Origin: Chrysochromulina tobinii
Lineage: Eukaryota
Direction: 5' to 3'
NCBI GenBank assembly: GCA_001275005.1
Contig: JWZX01003156.1
Coordinates: 1-41,970 of the forward strand
DNA length: 41,970 bases
Shown: positions 41,794 through 41,970 of the stretch, one piece after another
Layout: each line of letters starts with the position of its first letter
How positions within the stretch are numbered: position 1 is the stretch's first letter
Position numbers and translations under genes: made by a program
Notes under the pieces: model-generated
The model's database searches: none
Told to the model about the DNA's origin: nothing
The model's input: the letters and a program-made list of their open reading frames with translations, nothing else

Positions 41794-41970
41794 CCTCGCG
41801 ATGCTCAGACGAGGCCGGGTTGTGAGTGGGACGTGAGGTCGAGGTTAGAGAGCGGCGAAAAAAACAGACGATTCATCATGAATTCATGTTAATACACACA
41901 ACACGTAAGCAGTACAGCCGTGAAGACAAAACAATACAATACAGGCCAGGCCTCAACTGAGACACATGCA

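Overview
GC-rich, gene-dense, intron-poor eukaryotic nuclear DNA with spliceosomal GT-AG introns of about 103-138 nt; the gene content suggests an alga, possibly a haptophyte (inference only). About 18 protein-coding genes are supported: a Cid1/URT1-like terminal uridylyltransferase, a family-16 lysine methyltransferase, a GH31 glycosidase with a PAN insert, an FkbM methyltransferase, a long coiled-coil protein, a GT47 exostosin, an EF-hand/HET-like/LRR protein, a membrane-flanked Sgpp-like HAD phosphatase head-to-head with an FGGY kinase, TYW2, a UHM-containing DDX46/Prp5, an ELM2-SANT protein, a MATE transporter, a sulfotransferase-like protein, a four-exon Rab5, a DEK-C/BAH/Plus3 protein, CDC27 and a SufE-MnmA fusion. 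Six 1-2 nt frameshifts interrupt otherwise intact genes and are probably assembly errors. The most notable item is the SufE-MnmA fusion, a candidate self-contained organellar sulfur relay for tRNA 2-thiolation. Next are the UHM-DDX46 fusion, the DEK-C/BAH/Plus3 architecture and the HET-like/LRR protein. No rRNA, tRNA, CRISPR array or transposase was recognised. All domain calls are by eye from motifs; no searches were run.
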